From Planctomycetota bacterium (GTDB taxonomy: Bacteria > Planctomycetota > UBA1135 > UBA2386): DNA of 64,000 bases. Below the pieces are notes generated by a model. It saw nothing but the letters and a program-made list of their open reading frames with translations. It was not told the DNA's origin and ran no database searches. Positions 37,250 to 49,472 of the stretch are shown in pieces. Position 1 is the stretch's first letter, and every line of letters begins with the position of its first letter. The stretch covers positions 21,749 to 85,748 of the forward strand of contig JBGCDH010000023.1 in the NCBI GenBank assembly GCA_045105235.1, given 5' to 3'. Made by a program: the position numbers and the translations under genes.

Positions 37250-37885
37250 ATGCAGACTACATCCGACTTCGATCCCCGCCGCCTCCGTCTCGAAGACGCC
37301 GACGACGACAATGAAAACCAGAAGGGCGACGGCATGCCGAACCCCTTCGAGAAGGCCCTGTTCGAATCGCGCACGCTGCTGATCAGCGGCCCGGTTGACG
37401 ACAAGATGCTCAAGGAGGCCACCGTCCGCACGATGGCCATGGAGCAGAAGGACCCCGACGCGCCCATCACGGTCATGATCAACTCGCCAGGCGGCAGCGC
37501 CGACGCGGGCTTTGCGATCTACGACATGCTGCGCTTCGTGTCCTGCCCGATCCGCACCATCGTCAACGGCCTGTCGGCATCGGCCGGCATCCTGATCCAC
37601 CTAGCTGGCGACAACGGCACGCGCTACTGCATGCCCGAGAGCCGTTTCATGATCCATCAGCCGTCGACCGGCGGTCGCGGCCAGGCCAGCGACCTCGAGA
37701 TCACGGCTAGGGAAGTCATCAAGCTGCGCGATCGCTACAACCGGATCATCGCCGAGGCCTGCGGCAAGAAGCCCGAGGATGTCTTTGAAGCGGCTCGCCG
37801 TGACTTCTGGCTCGATGCCGGCCAAGCGCTGGAATACAAGCTCGTCGACAAGGTCCTGCGCACGCGCAAAGACCTCGACGGCTGA
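37250..37885 (+). CDS. clpP: ATP-dependent Clp protease proteolytic subunit
   Basis: INSPGGS, GLSASAG (Ser), FMIHQP (His), RDFWL (Asp). Confidence 0.93.
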   Translation: MQTTSDFDPRRLRLEDADDDNENQKGDGMPNPFEKALFESRTLLISGPVDDKMLKEATVRTMAMEQKDPDAPITVMINSPGGSADAGFAIYDMLRFVSCPIRTIVNGLSASAGILIHLAGDNGTRYCMPESRFMIHQPSTGGRGQASDLEITAREVIKLRDRYNRIIAEACGKKPEDVFEAARRDFWLDAGQALEYKLVDKVLRTRKDLDG

Positions 37886-37971
37886 GCGAGCGGAGACTCC
37901 TGACGCGGCCGATTCTGCGCCGTGCGGATCCCAGCAAGGGGCTGAACCAGGCGGCATGCGCTATCGTTGCC

Positions 37972-39876
37972 ATGCCCGCTGTGATGCTGACCGATGCCGC
38001 AACCACACGCTTGAGCCCGAACCGCCACGCCGCGAAGACTCGCGATGGCGGCGCAGCGATATGGGCACGATTCTCCGCGATGCTGCGGTTCGCGATGCCG
38101 CGGGCGACCCTGCTTTTCGCCGTCGGACTGCTCGCCGGCGCGGACTTTGCGCGGCCCGCGCACGCCCAAAGCCAGCGGCCACACCCGCCGACCGCGCTGC
38201 TCTACGATCCGTCGGGCGCGCCGGTCGCCGACGCCCAAGGCTGGCTGCGGCCGACGCCCGATTGGCAGCTGCGCGCGCTGGCTGCGACGGCCTTGCCGAC
38301 GTTTCTGAGGCCGGGAGGCCCTGGCAAGATTGCCGGCGAAGACAGCGCCCTGGCGGCGCGCAGCGACCGCCGGGGCATCCTTCGCTTTGACGGCGGCGGG
38401 CGAGACGGGCGCAACCGCACGGCGGCCGGCAGTGGCTTGGTCCGCACGGCCGAAGGCCTCGGCGCGCTGCTCTTCGACCTGCGTGCCGGGCGCGCGCAGC
38501 GCTGTTCGCTGCAGCCCATGGGACTCGTCACCACCAGCAGCGGCAGCGAGCCGTTCACGCTGGCGGCGCGCGCTCGCGCTCCGAATGGGCGCACGTTCGA
38601 CCTACCGCTGCTGCGCGGAACCGAGGTGCGACTACCGGCAGGCGACTACGAGGTGTGGGCACGCTCGGCCGACGGCATCCTCTGGCAGCGCCTGCAGCTC
38701 GCCGCCAACAGCCGCGAGGTGCTTGTCTTCACGAAGCCAGCGCAGCGGCTGCAGATCGGCGCCAGCGCCCACATCCAGCCCGTCGGCTGGCCGAGCTTCG
38801 CGCTGTCGCCGGCGGCGGACGCCACCGATCGCAAGCAGACGACGACGCGCAAGCAAACGATCGTCACGCTACGAGGAGCCGCGATCCAAGCTCCGCTGCT
38901 GCGCTTCGCCGACGGAATCGTGGATGGCCCGCGGGTCTTGTCGCAGCCGCCAGGCGTGCGCAGCCGTGCGCCGCTGATCTGGCCGCGGTCGACCATCGAC
39001 CAAACCCAAGGCGCGCGAAGCACCCCCGAACGCGAGCGCGCCGAGGACACTTCGACGTGGCGCCAGCCCGAGCGGGCCGCGAGCGCCTGGCCGGCAAAGC
39101 ATGCACCACCCGGCACGCGGCTCTTCGGCCTGCTGCGCGACGCCCGCGGCACCTATGCCGTCAAAGCGTGGGCGACGCCCAACAGCGGCCGCATCCGCAT
39201 GCCTGCAGCGCCGCCAGGCGATGCTTGGCTGCTGCTGACCGCGCCCGGCAAAGCGACGACCGCACGGCCGTGGCCACGAGGTCCGATCACGAGCTGGGCG
39301 CCGCCCAGTGGAGTCGAGCTCGCGGTGCGCGTCGCGGGCAGCGGAGCGTCGCTGCCCGCCGTCGACGTTGCGCTCGAATACATCCCCGACGATCAGTCTG
39401 CGGCGACGGTCCTGGCCCGCAGCGATGCGCGGGGCATCGCGCGCTTCGGCCCGGTCGTCGCACCGGGCCTGCTGCGCTGCAGCGACCCCAACCACCGCAA
39501 CCAGACGATCGAACTCGACCGCATCCCGGCCAAGCCCTTGCCCATGACCATCGAGCGAGGCGAACGCTGCCTCGTCCGCGCTCGCTTCGACGACGGCAGC
39601 ACCAACGGCACGATCGTCGTGACGCTGCGCGACCCGACCGGCACGCTGCGCCCGGCGACCCGCACGCAGGTGCTGGCTCCCGGCGAGACGGCGACATTCG
39701 TCGGACTGCCTGCCCATGGCAGCGTCGTGCTGTTCGCCACCGCCCGGCGCAGCGGCCACACGTTCTCCGCGCGCCAGCGCGTGCGGCTCGAGCCCGCCGC
39801 CGCCGCCGCCGCCGAGGAAGCGCTTCAGACGCCCATCGAGCTGGTGCTGCGCGACGAAGACCCGCGCCTCAGGTAG
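37972..39876 (+). CDS. Hypothetical exported protein with beta-sandwich (carboxypeptidase-regulatory-like) segments
   Basis: Signal-like LLFAVGLLAG...AHAQ; repeated ARSD.RG..RF motifs; true start probably near 38080. Confidence 0.55.
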   Translation: MPAVMLTDAATTRLSPNRHAAKTRDGGAAIWARFSAMLRFAMPRATLLFAVGLLAGADFARPAHAQSQRPHPPTALLYDPSGAPVADAQGWLRPTPDWQLRALAATALPTFLRPGGPGKIAGEDSALAARSDRRGILRFDGGGRDGRNRTAAGSGLVRTAEGLGALLFDLRAGRAQRCSLQPMGLVTTSSGSEPFTLAARARAPNGRTFDLPLLRGTEVRLPAGDYEVWARSADGILWQRLQLAANSREVLVFTKPAQRLQIGASAHIQPVGWPSFALSPAADATDRKQTTTRKQTIVTLRGAAIQAPLLRFADGIVDGPRVLSQPPGVRSRAPLIWPRSTIDQTQGARSTPERERAEDTSTWRQPERAASAWPAKHAPPGTRLFGLLRDARGTYAVKAWATPNSGRIRMPAAPPGDAWLLLTAPGKATTARPWPRGPITSWAPPSGVELAVRVAGSGASLPAVDVALEYIPDDQSAATVLARSDARGIARFGPVVAPGLLRCSDPNHRNQTIELDRIPAKPLPMTIERGERCLVRARFDDGSTNGTIVVTLRDPTGTLRPATRTQVLAPGETATFVGLPAHGSVVLFATARRSGHTFSARQRVRLEPAAAAAAEEALQTPIELVLRDEDPRLR

Positions 39877-40870
39877 CAGCAGCAGCAGCGCGGCGGCATC
39901 GCGCAACCAGCCACTGCGAGATCTGCGAGAGAGGCAGCTGGATGGCCACGCCGCCCTTTTCGAAGGCGGCCCTCGGCATGCCATAGATCTCGGACGATGC
40001 TTCGTCTTGGCCAACCGTCGCCCAGCCGGCCTGACGCAACGCCAGCATGCCGTCGGCGCCGTCACGCCCCATCCCCGTGAGTATGAGCGCAATGCCCTTG
40101 CGACGCAGCGGCACACACGAGCCAAACAGCACTTCGGCAGATGGAGAATGCCCGCGGACCGGCGCCTGATCGTCGTGCCGAATCGAAAGCGAATTTCCCG
40201 ATTCGACAACGCGCACGTGCACGTGGCCCGGCGCGACATAGGCATTGCCAGATCGCATCACCAGCCCTTCCTCGGCGACCGCAACCGGGTAGCTCGAGTG
40301 CAGCGTCAGCCGCTGACACAGCTCGGCAACGTAGCGATTCGGAATATGCTGCACGATCAGCATCGGCGGCAGATCGCGCGCAGCCGACAGCCCCGTCAGC
40401 AGCCGGCGAAGCGCCGACGGTCCGCCGGTAGACACTCCCACGGCAATGATCGCAGGATCGAAGGGGCGCGACGGCTGCGGGCCAACCGGGTCGCTTCGCC
40501 GTGGTTCGAAGGACGCGGCTGGTAACGCGTCGCAGTGACGGCGCAACGTGGCATTGAGCAAATTCGACCACCGAATCAGGCTCCGCGCATCGTCGCGATC
40601 CGGCAATTCGATCAGCTCCGCATCGCGCCCGGCTGCCGCTTGGAGGTCAGCGCCTGGCTCATACAGAACGATGAGCGGTGCCGGCAAAACGGCCAGCTCT
40701 GCCGGCGTCGCTGGCAACACGGCCAACGATGGCAGACCGGCCCCAGCACAGTGGGGCTCACCCCCGGGTGAACACGCGCAAAAGCCGGCAGCCCGCAGCC
40801 AGTCCGCCAGGAACTTGCGCGCGTCCCCGCTCGCGACCAGCGGGATCTGAATCGGGTTCGCCAAGGGCAC
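39869..40870 (-). CDS. cheB: Chemotaxis methylesterase CheB with degenerate N-terminal domain
   Basis: GVSTGG, VQHIP, LTGMGRDGA, QDEASS..YGMP; GTG overlaps the cheD stop. Confidence 0.88.
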   Translation of the reverse strand: MPLANPIQIPLVASGDARKFLADWLRAAGFCACSPGGEPHCAGAGLPSLAVLPATPAELAVLPAPLIVLYEPGADLQAAAGRDAELIELPDRDDARSLIRWSNLLNATLRRHCDALPAASFEPRRSDPVGPQPSRPFDPAIIAVGVSTGGPSALRRLLTGLSAARDLPPMLIVQHIPNRYVAELCQRLTLHSSYPVAVAEEGLVMRSGNAYVAPGHVHVRVVESGNSLSIRHDDQAPVRGHSPSAEVLFGSCVPLRRKGIALILTGMGRDGADGMLALRQAGWATVGQDEASSEIYGMPRAAFEKGGVAIQLPLSQISQWLVARCRRAAAAAT

Positions 40871-41391
40871 TACCGCATCATCTCCGTCAACAGCGCACGC
40901 CACCCGGACTCGTTGATTGCGTCGTCCTGCAGGCGCCGAACCTGCGCTTTGCCGCGCGCGGGGTCGACGACCAGCAGGCATCCACCGGCCCGTTCCGCCT
41001 TGCCATCGAGTTGCCCTCCGTAGGCCATGCCAAGCGCGTAGGTAGCGTCTTTGAGCGCCGCCAGGTTTTCCGCACCGATCTTGCCGCCATTGCCGAGCAT
41101 GCAGCCGCCGCCCGCCAGACGAACGACCAGCTGACGTGGATCGGCACCGTTCTGAATTGCGAGATCGCGCGCGTGTGGCGCCGCTCGATCGGCGAAGTAG
41201 CCGAGCCCCATGCCAGCGCCGTGGCCCGTCGGTCGCACGACGTGAGCCAAGACAGCCACCTGGTTGCGCAGGTCCTGAACAATCATGCCGACGCAGGACC
41301 CCAGCAGGGTCGTCAGGACCTGCGGCGGCCCGGCGGCAGCAACGCCTCCCATCGGAACCTGAATCAAGCGCGGTTCATCAATGACGTTCAT
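40870..41391 (-). CDS. cheD: Chemoreceptor glutamine deamidase CheD
   Basis: TLLGSCVG, LAHV, FAD, AGGG.M, IG.EN. Confidence 0.88.
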   Translation of the reverse strand: MNVIDEPRLIQVPMGGVAAAGPPQVLTTLLGSCVGMIVQDLRNQVAVLAHVVRPTGHGAGMGLGYFADRAAPHARDLAIQNGADPRQLVVRLAGGGCMLGNGGKIGAENLAALKDATYALGMAYGGQLDGKAERAGGCLLVVDPARGKAQVRRLQDDAINESGWRALLTEMMR

Positions 41392-41395
41392 ATCC

Positions 41396-43306
41396 TCACA
41401 CCAGCGCCGGCGGATTCGTCGCCATGCTGCTCATGCCCTGCCGCTTCATCGCAAAGTCCGCAAAGCCATTGGGGTCCAGAATCAGCGTGACCTTGCCATC
41501 GCCGCGAATCGCCATACCGGCGAGGCCCGCGATCCCCGTCAGCTCGGCACAGAGCGGCTTGATCACGAGGTCCTCCTTGCCAACGATTCGATCGACGCCA
41601 AGAGCGACTTCCTCTCCTTGGTTGCCAAACACAATGGCATGCTCTGGTTCGCGCACGTCCCCAGGATCTGCCTGCTGCGCAAACCGATACGTCATGGGGA
41701 GCTGGACGAACGGCATGGGCTGTTCGCGCACGACGACCACGGGGCGCGATTGCACGGAGCGAACGCACACCTTGCGCAACTCGACAATTTCGCGCACCTC
41801 CGTTAGCGGCAGCGCAAACATGGTGCCGCGCACCTCAAGCAACAGGCTCGCCAGAATCGACATACTCGGCGGCAACTGAACCGTAAAACGGCTGCCGCTC
41901 CCCACCCTGGAATCCAGCTCGAGGCTGCCACGCAGCCCTTTGATGGTCGCGGCAACGATGTCCATTCCCATGCCGCGACCGGAGACCTCGGTGACCTCTG
42001 CCGCCGTCGAAAACCCAGGGTGAAAGATCTGCTTTTGCGCCTCGCGGTCGGGCAACTGCGCCGCATCGCTTTCGCTCATCAACTCAAGTTCGACCACCTT
42101 GCGGCGCATGCGCTCCGGGTCGATGCCGCCGCCGTCGTCCTCGAGGTCGATGACCACGGTGCTGCCACGCTGCGAGCCACAAACACGCACAACACCACGA
42201 GCCGGCTTGCCGGCGGCTTCGCGAGCCGCCTCGCCCTCGATGCCATGGTCGATCGAGTTGCGCAGCATGTGCACAAGTGGATTGATCAGCTCGTCGGCAA
42301 CCCGCTTGTCGATCTGCGTCTCTCCGCCTTGCACCTCAAAGTCGACCGGCTTGCCAAGCGACTCTGCCGTATCGCGAGCCACGCGCTGCAGTCGCTTGAA
42401 CACGCTGTCCAGCGGCACCATGCGCAGCTGGAGCACGGCTTCATGGATGCCGCCGGCAACGCTATCCAGATCGTAGGCGACGTCATCTAGGTCCCGCATC
42501 GAGCGACCGACTCCGACCAGCTCTTCGAAGCAGTTCTGAACCCGCAGGAGCGCGCCTTCAAGGCGTGCCACGACGCTGTTGAGCTTTTCCCCGCCGGGCC
42601 GGCTTGCCGAACTTTCGTCGCTGCACTCTACTTCGCGCAGATCTGCGAGCCCCGCTTCGACGTCGCGCCAGTGACGCGAGACATCGTCGAGCTGCGCCAG
42701 CGGCGCCAGCTGCCGTGCGACCAGCTGAAAGCGCGACCGAGCGATGACCAGCTCGCCCGTAAGGTTGACCATTCGATCGAGGCGCTCCATGCGCACCCGC
42801 ACCGTTTCGTTGGCCTCAGACATTGCCGGCTGGTTGCCAGCGGGGCGCGGCGCCCCCTTCGCAACACCGGCGCCTTTCGCCCCATCTTCGGCGTTGGCGC
42901 CACTCGCGAGCTGGCCCGAGCACGCCCGCTCAAGATCTGCGAGCACCAGCTCACTCGACGCCACCTCCTGCCCACCCGCTGCGACCTCAGCGGTCAAGCT
43001 GCTGATCAGGTCGATCGCATCAAACATCGTGCGGCAGACGGGCGTCGTCGGCCGCAGTTCACCATCGCGAATCTTGCAGAGCAAGCTCTCGAGATGGTGC
43101 GTGACGCGATTGGTTGTTTCAAACCCGAAGCACGCCGACAGCCCCTTGAGCGAATGCGCGCTACGGAACAGCTCATTGACCTGCTCTGCGGGCCACGCGA
43201 CTTCGCCTTCGGCCAGCTCCATCAGGATGCCGTTGAGCTGTTCGAGATAGTCGTGCGCTTCGCCGAGATAGTCGGCGATCAGATCTTCATTGCCATCGAC
43301 GGTCAT
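41396..43306 (-). CDS. cheA: Chemotaxis histidine kinase CheA (no P2 domain evident)
   Basis: FRSAHSLKG Hpt, TVRV..ERLD, HMLRNSIDHGIE, DDGGG, SGRGMGMD, C-terminal CheW domain. Confidence 0.95.
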   Translation of the reverse strand: MTVDGNEDLIADYLGEAHDYLEQLNGILMELAEGEVAWPAEQVNELFRSAHSLKGLSACFGFETTNRVTHHLESLLCKIRDGELRPTTPVCRTMFDAIDLISSLTAEVAAGGQEVASSELVLADLERACSGQLASGANAEDGAKGAGVAKGAPRPAGNQPAMSEANETVRVRMERLDRMVNLTGELVIARSRFQLVARQLAPLAQLDDVSRHWRDVEAGLADLREVECSDESSASRPGGEKLNSVVARLEGALLRVQNCFEELVGVGRSMRDLDDVAYDLDSVAGGIHEAVLQLRMVPLDSVFKRLQRVARDTAESLGKPVDFEVQGGETQIDKRVADELINPLVHMLRNSIDHGIEGEAAREAAGKPARGVVRVCGSQRGSTVVIDLEDDGGGIDPERMRRKVVELELMSESDAAQLPDREAQKQIFHPGFSTAAEVTEVSGRGMGMDIVAATIKGLRGSLELDSRVGSGSRFTVQLPPSMSILASLLLEVRGTMFALPLTEVREIVELRKVCVRSVQSRPVVVVREQPMPFVQLPMTYRFAQQADPGDVREPEHAIVFGNQGEEVALGVDRIVGKEDLVIKPLCAELTGIAGLAGMAIRGDGKVTLILDPNGFADFAMKRQGMSSMATNPPALV

Positions 43307-43385
43307 CAGCAGCTCCCTGTTTCCCCCGTTTCATCTCACCGCTGCAACGCCGCGCCGCTCCGCGCCACGCCGCGCCGGCTCGCCA

Positions 43386-45083
43386 TCAGATCTTGAAGCG
43401 CCGCACGAGCTCTTTCATCGCGATAGCCTGAGCCGACAGCTCTTCGGCCGACGCAGCCATATCCGTCGCGTTGCCGGAGTTGTTCTCCGTCATGCGCGCG
43501 ACGTTTTGGATCGCTCGACCGACTTCCTCCGCCGTCGCCGACTGCTCATCGGTCGTGCTGGCGATTTCTGAAATCGACTTCGCCGTATTGGTGACGCCAT
43601 CGATGATTTGCTTGAGCGCCTGACCGGTCTCTTCCGAGAGCTTGGTGCCTTCGACAACGCGGTGGGTCGATTCCTTGATCAGGCCGGTGATCTGCTTGGC
43701 GGCCTCACTCGACCGCTCGGCCAGTTTGCGCACCTCATCGGCGACAACCGCAAACCCCAAGCCATGCTCACCGGCGCGCGCAGCTTCAATCGCAGCGTTG
43801 AGCGCCAACAGGTTCGTCTGGCTCGCGATTTCACTGATGACCTGGATGATCTCACTGATCTGCTCACTCGATCGATTGATTTCCTTCATCGCCGTGATCG
43901 AGCGGTCGACCGCCTCGCCGCCGGCGGTAGCGCGGTTGCTGGTTTCGCCCGCCAACGCATTCGCATCCCCCGCATTGCGAGCGATCATCCGGATGCTCTC
44001 GGTCAACTGATCGACCGACGCCGTCATCTCCTCCACCGTCGCAGCACTGGTTTGCGACGACTCCGACAAGCTCGACGAGGCATTGGAGATCGTGCCAGCG
44101 CTGGCACTAAACTGATCCGCTCCTTCCTTGATCTGCACGATGATCGAGCGCAGATCGGCGATCATGCGCCGCAGGCCTTGGCCGAGCTGACCGACTGGAT
44201 CTGGGCCATCGATGGAGTGCTCTTGCGTCAGGTCGCCGCTCGCGGCTTGCTCGACGACCGACAGGAGCGAAGCCACCTTGTCGCCGAGTTCTTTGGCGGA
44301 CCTCGTGGAGGCTTCCGCATGCTCCTTGCTCTCGCGCTCCAGTCGCTTCTGGTCCGTCACCACCTCCCAGTTGACGATCGCTCCCGTAAACTCGCCAGCC
44401 TCGTCATACAAGCCACCGGCGCTCAGTCGCACGGCGTGCTCGCCAAGCTGGAACTCGGCGGTGTGGTTGCGGCCGCGCAGCGACTTCAAGAGCTGACGTT
44501 GATGCGATGGATCCTTGTGAAAGCGATCGATCGAAATGCCGAGGACGTCATCCGCTTTGACGCCGAACATCTGCTGCAACACCGGCTCCAGCATGCGCAG
44601 CGTTGCATCGGACTTTCGGTTGCCGTAGATGACTCGGAACTCGGCATCGCAAATCAGGATGTTCGTTGCGACCGCATCCATGGCCTGCGACGAACGATTG
44701 GCGCTCGCCTCGCGCTCCAGGCGCTCGGTCACGACTTCGAACGTGACCACCGCCCCCTCAAATGCACCGTCATCCGCCCAGAGTGAGCGGGCCGAGAGAT
44801 CCAGCCAATCGCTGCCGAGCTGGGCACGATGCTGCCAGGCCTCTCCTTTCAGCGATCGCAAGGCCACCGCGGCCGAGCCGGCGATGGCCTGCAGGTCCGC
44901 CCCCTGCAGGCCGACGATCCCAAGCGCCCGCAAGCCGTCTTCCAGACCGCGAAAGGCACGTTCGGCCGCCGCGTTGACGAAATCGATCTTCAGATCGGAG
45001 TCGACGACGAACACGTTTGTCGTCACTTCTTCGATTGCCTTCGCAGCGAGGGCAGCAGGCACGTTGTTTTCGGTAATGCTCAT
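43386..45083 (-). CDS. Soluble methyl-accepting chemotaxis protein, PAS-PAS-HAMP-MA (Aer2-like)
   Basis: Two PAS repeats, GDLT HAMP, QTNLLALNAAIEAARAGEHGLGFAVVADEVRKLAER; no TM. Confidence 0.92.
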   Translation of the reverse strand: MSITENNVPAALAAKAIEEVTTNVFVVDSDLKIDFVNAAAERAFRGLEDGLRALGIVGLQGADLQAIAGSAAVALRSLKGEAWQHRAQLGSDWLDLSARSLWADDGAFEGAVVTFEVVTERLEREASANRSSQAMDAVATNILICDAEFRVIYGNRKSDATLRMLEPVLQQMFGVKADDVLGISIDRFHKDPSHQRQLLKSLRGRNHTAEFQLGEHAVRLSAGGLYDEAGEFTGAIVNWEVVTDQKRLERESKEHAEASTRSAKELGDKVASLLSVVEQAASGDLTQEHSIDGPDPVGQLGQGLRRMIADLRSIIVQIKEGADQFSASAGTISNASSSLSESSQTSAATVEEMTASVDQLTESIRMIARNAGDANALAGETSNRATAGGEAVDRSITAMKEINRSSEQISEIIQVISEIASQTNLLALNAAIEAARAGEHGLGFAVVADEVRKLAERSSEAAKQITGLIKESTHRVVEGTKLSEETGQALKQIIDGVTNTAKSISEIASTTDEQSATAEEVGRAIQNVARMTENNSGNATDMAASAEELSAQAIAMKELVRRFKI

Positions 45084-45661
45084 TTCGACTCTCCTTTCGT
45101 TTCTCTCTCGCTGTCTTCGGGCAGGCTGCATCCAAGCAGTCGCTCCATGTCGAGCAGGATCAGCAGCCGCTCGCCGCGGCGTGCAAGCCCAGTGATGTAT
45201 TCCTTCCCGGGGCCGGACAGGGAAGCCGGCGCGCTGGATAGGTCTTCCTCGTGCAGCCGCAAAACTTCGCTGACGCCGTCGACGACCACTCCGACGGTCC
45301 TGCCGCTGACGTTGGAGACCACGATCCGGGTCTCGTCGTCTGCCTCGCGATCCTTCATGCCGAAGCGGCGACGAAGATTCAGGATGGGGATGACGTTGCC
45401 GCGGAGGTTGATGACTCCGAGCACGTGCTCCGGCACCTCAGGAACCTGCGTGATGCAGCCGAGCAAGATGATCTCCTGCACGGTCATGATGTCGACGCCG
45501 TATTCCTCGCCGCCCAGCCGAAAGCTCACAACCTGCGCTGTTTTGCCATCGCGCTGCGACCTGCTGGCCAAGCCGCTGCCCGATTCAGCTGTCGTATTCT
45601 CACTCGCGGCGCCGTCTTCGATCGCGGCGTGAAGCAGCGTTTGCGTTCCTGTCGTACTCAT
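45080..45661 (-). CDS. cheW: Chemotaxis adaptor CheW
   Basis: VSFRLGGEEYGVDI..VQEI, GVINLRG.VIP, VG.VVD.VSEV. Confidence 0.95.
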   Translation of the reverse strand: MSTTGTQTLLHAAIEDGAASENTTAESGSGLASRSQRDGKTAQVVSFRLGGEEYGVDIMTVQEIILLGCITQVPEVPEHVLGVINLRGNVIPILNLRRRFGMKDREADDETRIVVSNVSGRTVGVVVDGVSEVLRLHEEDLSSAPASLSGPGKEYITGLARRGERLLILLDMERLLGCSLPEDSERETKGESK

Positions 45662-45770
45662 CCCACATGACCCAGGCCGACCGAAGCTGCAAAGCGCATA
45701 GCTTCTCGCGACTGACTGACATTCGGATCACGTGCGAGCGTGAGGCAACCGGATTTTCCTCTACGAACTA

Positions 45771-45797
45771 GCGCGGCGAGGCAGTTCCTCGCTGCGT
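45771..45797. terminator. GC-rich hairpin between the guaA end and cheW
   Basis: gcgcggcgagg-cagtt-cctcgctgcgt inverted repeat; no clear U-tract. Confidence 0.3.
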
Positions 45798-45882
45798 TCC
45801 CTGACGGCGGCGCTCGCGACAAGCCCTAGGTTGCTGAGGGCATACCCCAACAAGTCATGGGGCGGTGCCTAAGGCTACGCGC

Positions 45883-47507
<1,625 letters not shown>

Positions 47508-47511
<4 letters not shown>

Positions 47512-48971
47512 TCGCCGGAATAGTTCGGCGCCTCCTTGGTGATCTGGATGTCGTGCGGATGCGATTCGCGCAGGGTGGCCGCGCTGACCCGCAAGAACTT
47601 TGCTTTCGCCGTAAGCTCCGACAGCGTGCGCGCGCCACAGTAGCCCATGCCCGAGCGCACGCCGCCGACGAGCTGGTAGACGTAGTCGGAGACGGCGCCC
47701 TTGTAGGGGACCATGCCCTCGACGCCTTCCGGCACGAACTTCATCTTCTCTTTGACGTCGCCCTGCGCGTAGCGATCGGCCGAGCCGCGCTCCATAGCGC
47801 CGAGCGAGCCCATGCCGCGCACCGTTTTGAACTGGCGGCCTTTGTAGAGGATGGTCTCGCCGGGCGATTCTTCGAGGCCGGCCAGCAGCGAGCCGAGCAT
47901 GACGGTCGAAGCGCCGGCTGCGAGCGCCTTGACGATGTCGCCCGACTGCCGGATGCCGCCGTCGGCGATCACGGAAACGCCGGCAGGATCACACGCCTTG
48001 ACGGCATCGAGAACCGCCGTCAGCTGCGGCACACCACAGCCGGTTACGACGCGGGTCGTGCAGATCGAACCGGGCCCGATGCCGACCTTGACGCCGTCGG
48101 CGCCGGCGTCGACAAGCGCCTTGGCGCCGTCGTAGCTGCCGACGTTGCCGGCGACGACCGGGATCTCACGCTGGCGATCGAGCTTCTTGATGGCGCGCAC
48201 GGTCTCGAGCACGTTTTGACTGTGTCCGTGTGCCGTGTCGACGACGACGACGTCGCAGTCGGCATCGACCAGCCGCCCCACGCGATCAAGATCGTGCACG
48301 CCCACGGCCGCCCCCACCAGCAGACGGCCGCGCGCATCGCGAGCGGCGAGCGGGTACTCCTCGGTGCCGCGGATGTCGCGCATCGTAATCAAGCCGGCCA
48401 GCGACCCGTCGTCGCGCACCAGGATCAGCTTTTCGACCTTGTTGGATCGAAGAATCTCGCGGGCCTGGTCGAGATCGGTGCTCGGCGGCGCCGTGACGAG
48501 GTTTTGCGACGTCATCACCTCGCCGACCCGCGCGTCGCGATCCTCGACGAAGCGCAGATCGCGGTTGGTCAAGATGCCGACCACAATGCGCCCGCCGTCG
48601 ACAACCGGCAGGCCGCTGATCTTGTGGCTGCGCATCAAGTCTTTGGCGCGGCCGACGCGATCATCCGGCGACAGCGCCACCGGGTCGAGGATGACGCCGT
48701 TGGCCGAGCGTTTGACCTTGTCGACCTCGGCCACCTGTTCGTCCACCGACAGGTTTTTGTGCACGATGCCGATGCCGCCCTGCTGCGCCAGCGCCACCGC
48801 CATGCGCGATTCGGTCACGGTATCCATGGCCGCGGCAACGATCGGAACTTGCACCGTGACCCCGCGGCAAAAGCGGGTCTCGGTCACAACGTCGCGAGGC
48901 AGGGCCGAAGCCATCTGCGGCACCAGCAGGACGTCGTCGTAAGTCAGGCCTTCGCCGAGGAACTCGGGCAC
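47508..48971 (-). CDS. guaB: IMP dehydrogenase
   Basis: [19 protein letters not shown] pair, [23 protein letters not shown]. Confidence 0.97.
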
Positions 48972-49082
48972 AGTCGCTTTCTCCAGAGGTTGGACGGGAA
49001 AGCGTTACGACTGTAGCGGATCGCGGCGCCAAAGCCAACGCTGGAACCGGCGGCGGCCGCGACGGCGCGGCCGCCGCATGGG

Positions 49083-49472
49083 CTACGGCAGCCGCCAGAC
49101 CCGAGCAGGCTGCCCCGCCGCAACGCGCGCGGCCAGCTGATGGCGAACGCCGGCAACGATCAGTTCCAGCCCAATCGGCCCCGGCGGCAACTCGGTCTCG
49201 ATACCCAAGACGACATCGTCAAACTGCCACTGCCGACCTGCCTCATGCGTCACGATCAGGATGCCCGGCGATGCCAGCGGCGGCTCCAGCTCAAGCACGA
49301 ACGCGATGCCAGCCGGCTCGACCGTCATGGGTATCTGCTGGGATATCTGCTGGGGTACCGGCCGAGCCTCCTGCCGGCTCGCCGGCCCGCGCAACGGCTT
49401 GGCTCCGCGACAGCAGGGCGTTGCCGCAAAGGCCAGGGCGACAACAGCAAGGACGCTCTGCGCGGAGCGCAT
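49083..49472 (-). CDS. Small hypothetical exported protein
   Basis: Signal-like N-terminus; ATG overlaps the pgi stop (TGATG). Confidence 0.5.
   Translation of the reverse strand: MRSAQSVLAVVALAFAATPCCRGAKPLRGPASRQEARPVPQQISQQIPMTVEPAGIAFVLELEPPLASPGILIVTHEAGRQWQFDDVVLGIETELPPGPIGLELIVAGVRHQLAARVAAGQPARVWRLP

Noticed and set aside
45662-45882. Possible c-di-GMP riboswitch upstream of cheW
   Set aside because: Only a CCGGTTGCC fragment resembles it; the GGCAAA/GNRA/GACGCAAAGC core is not visible
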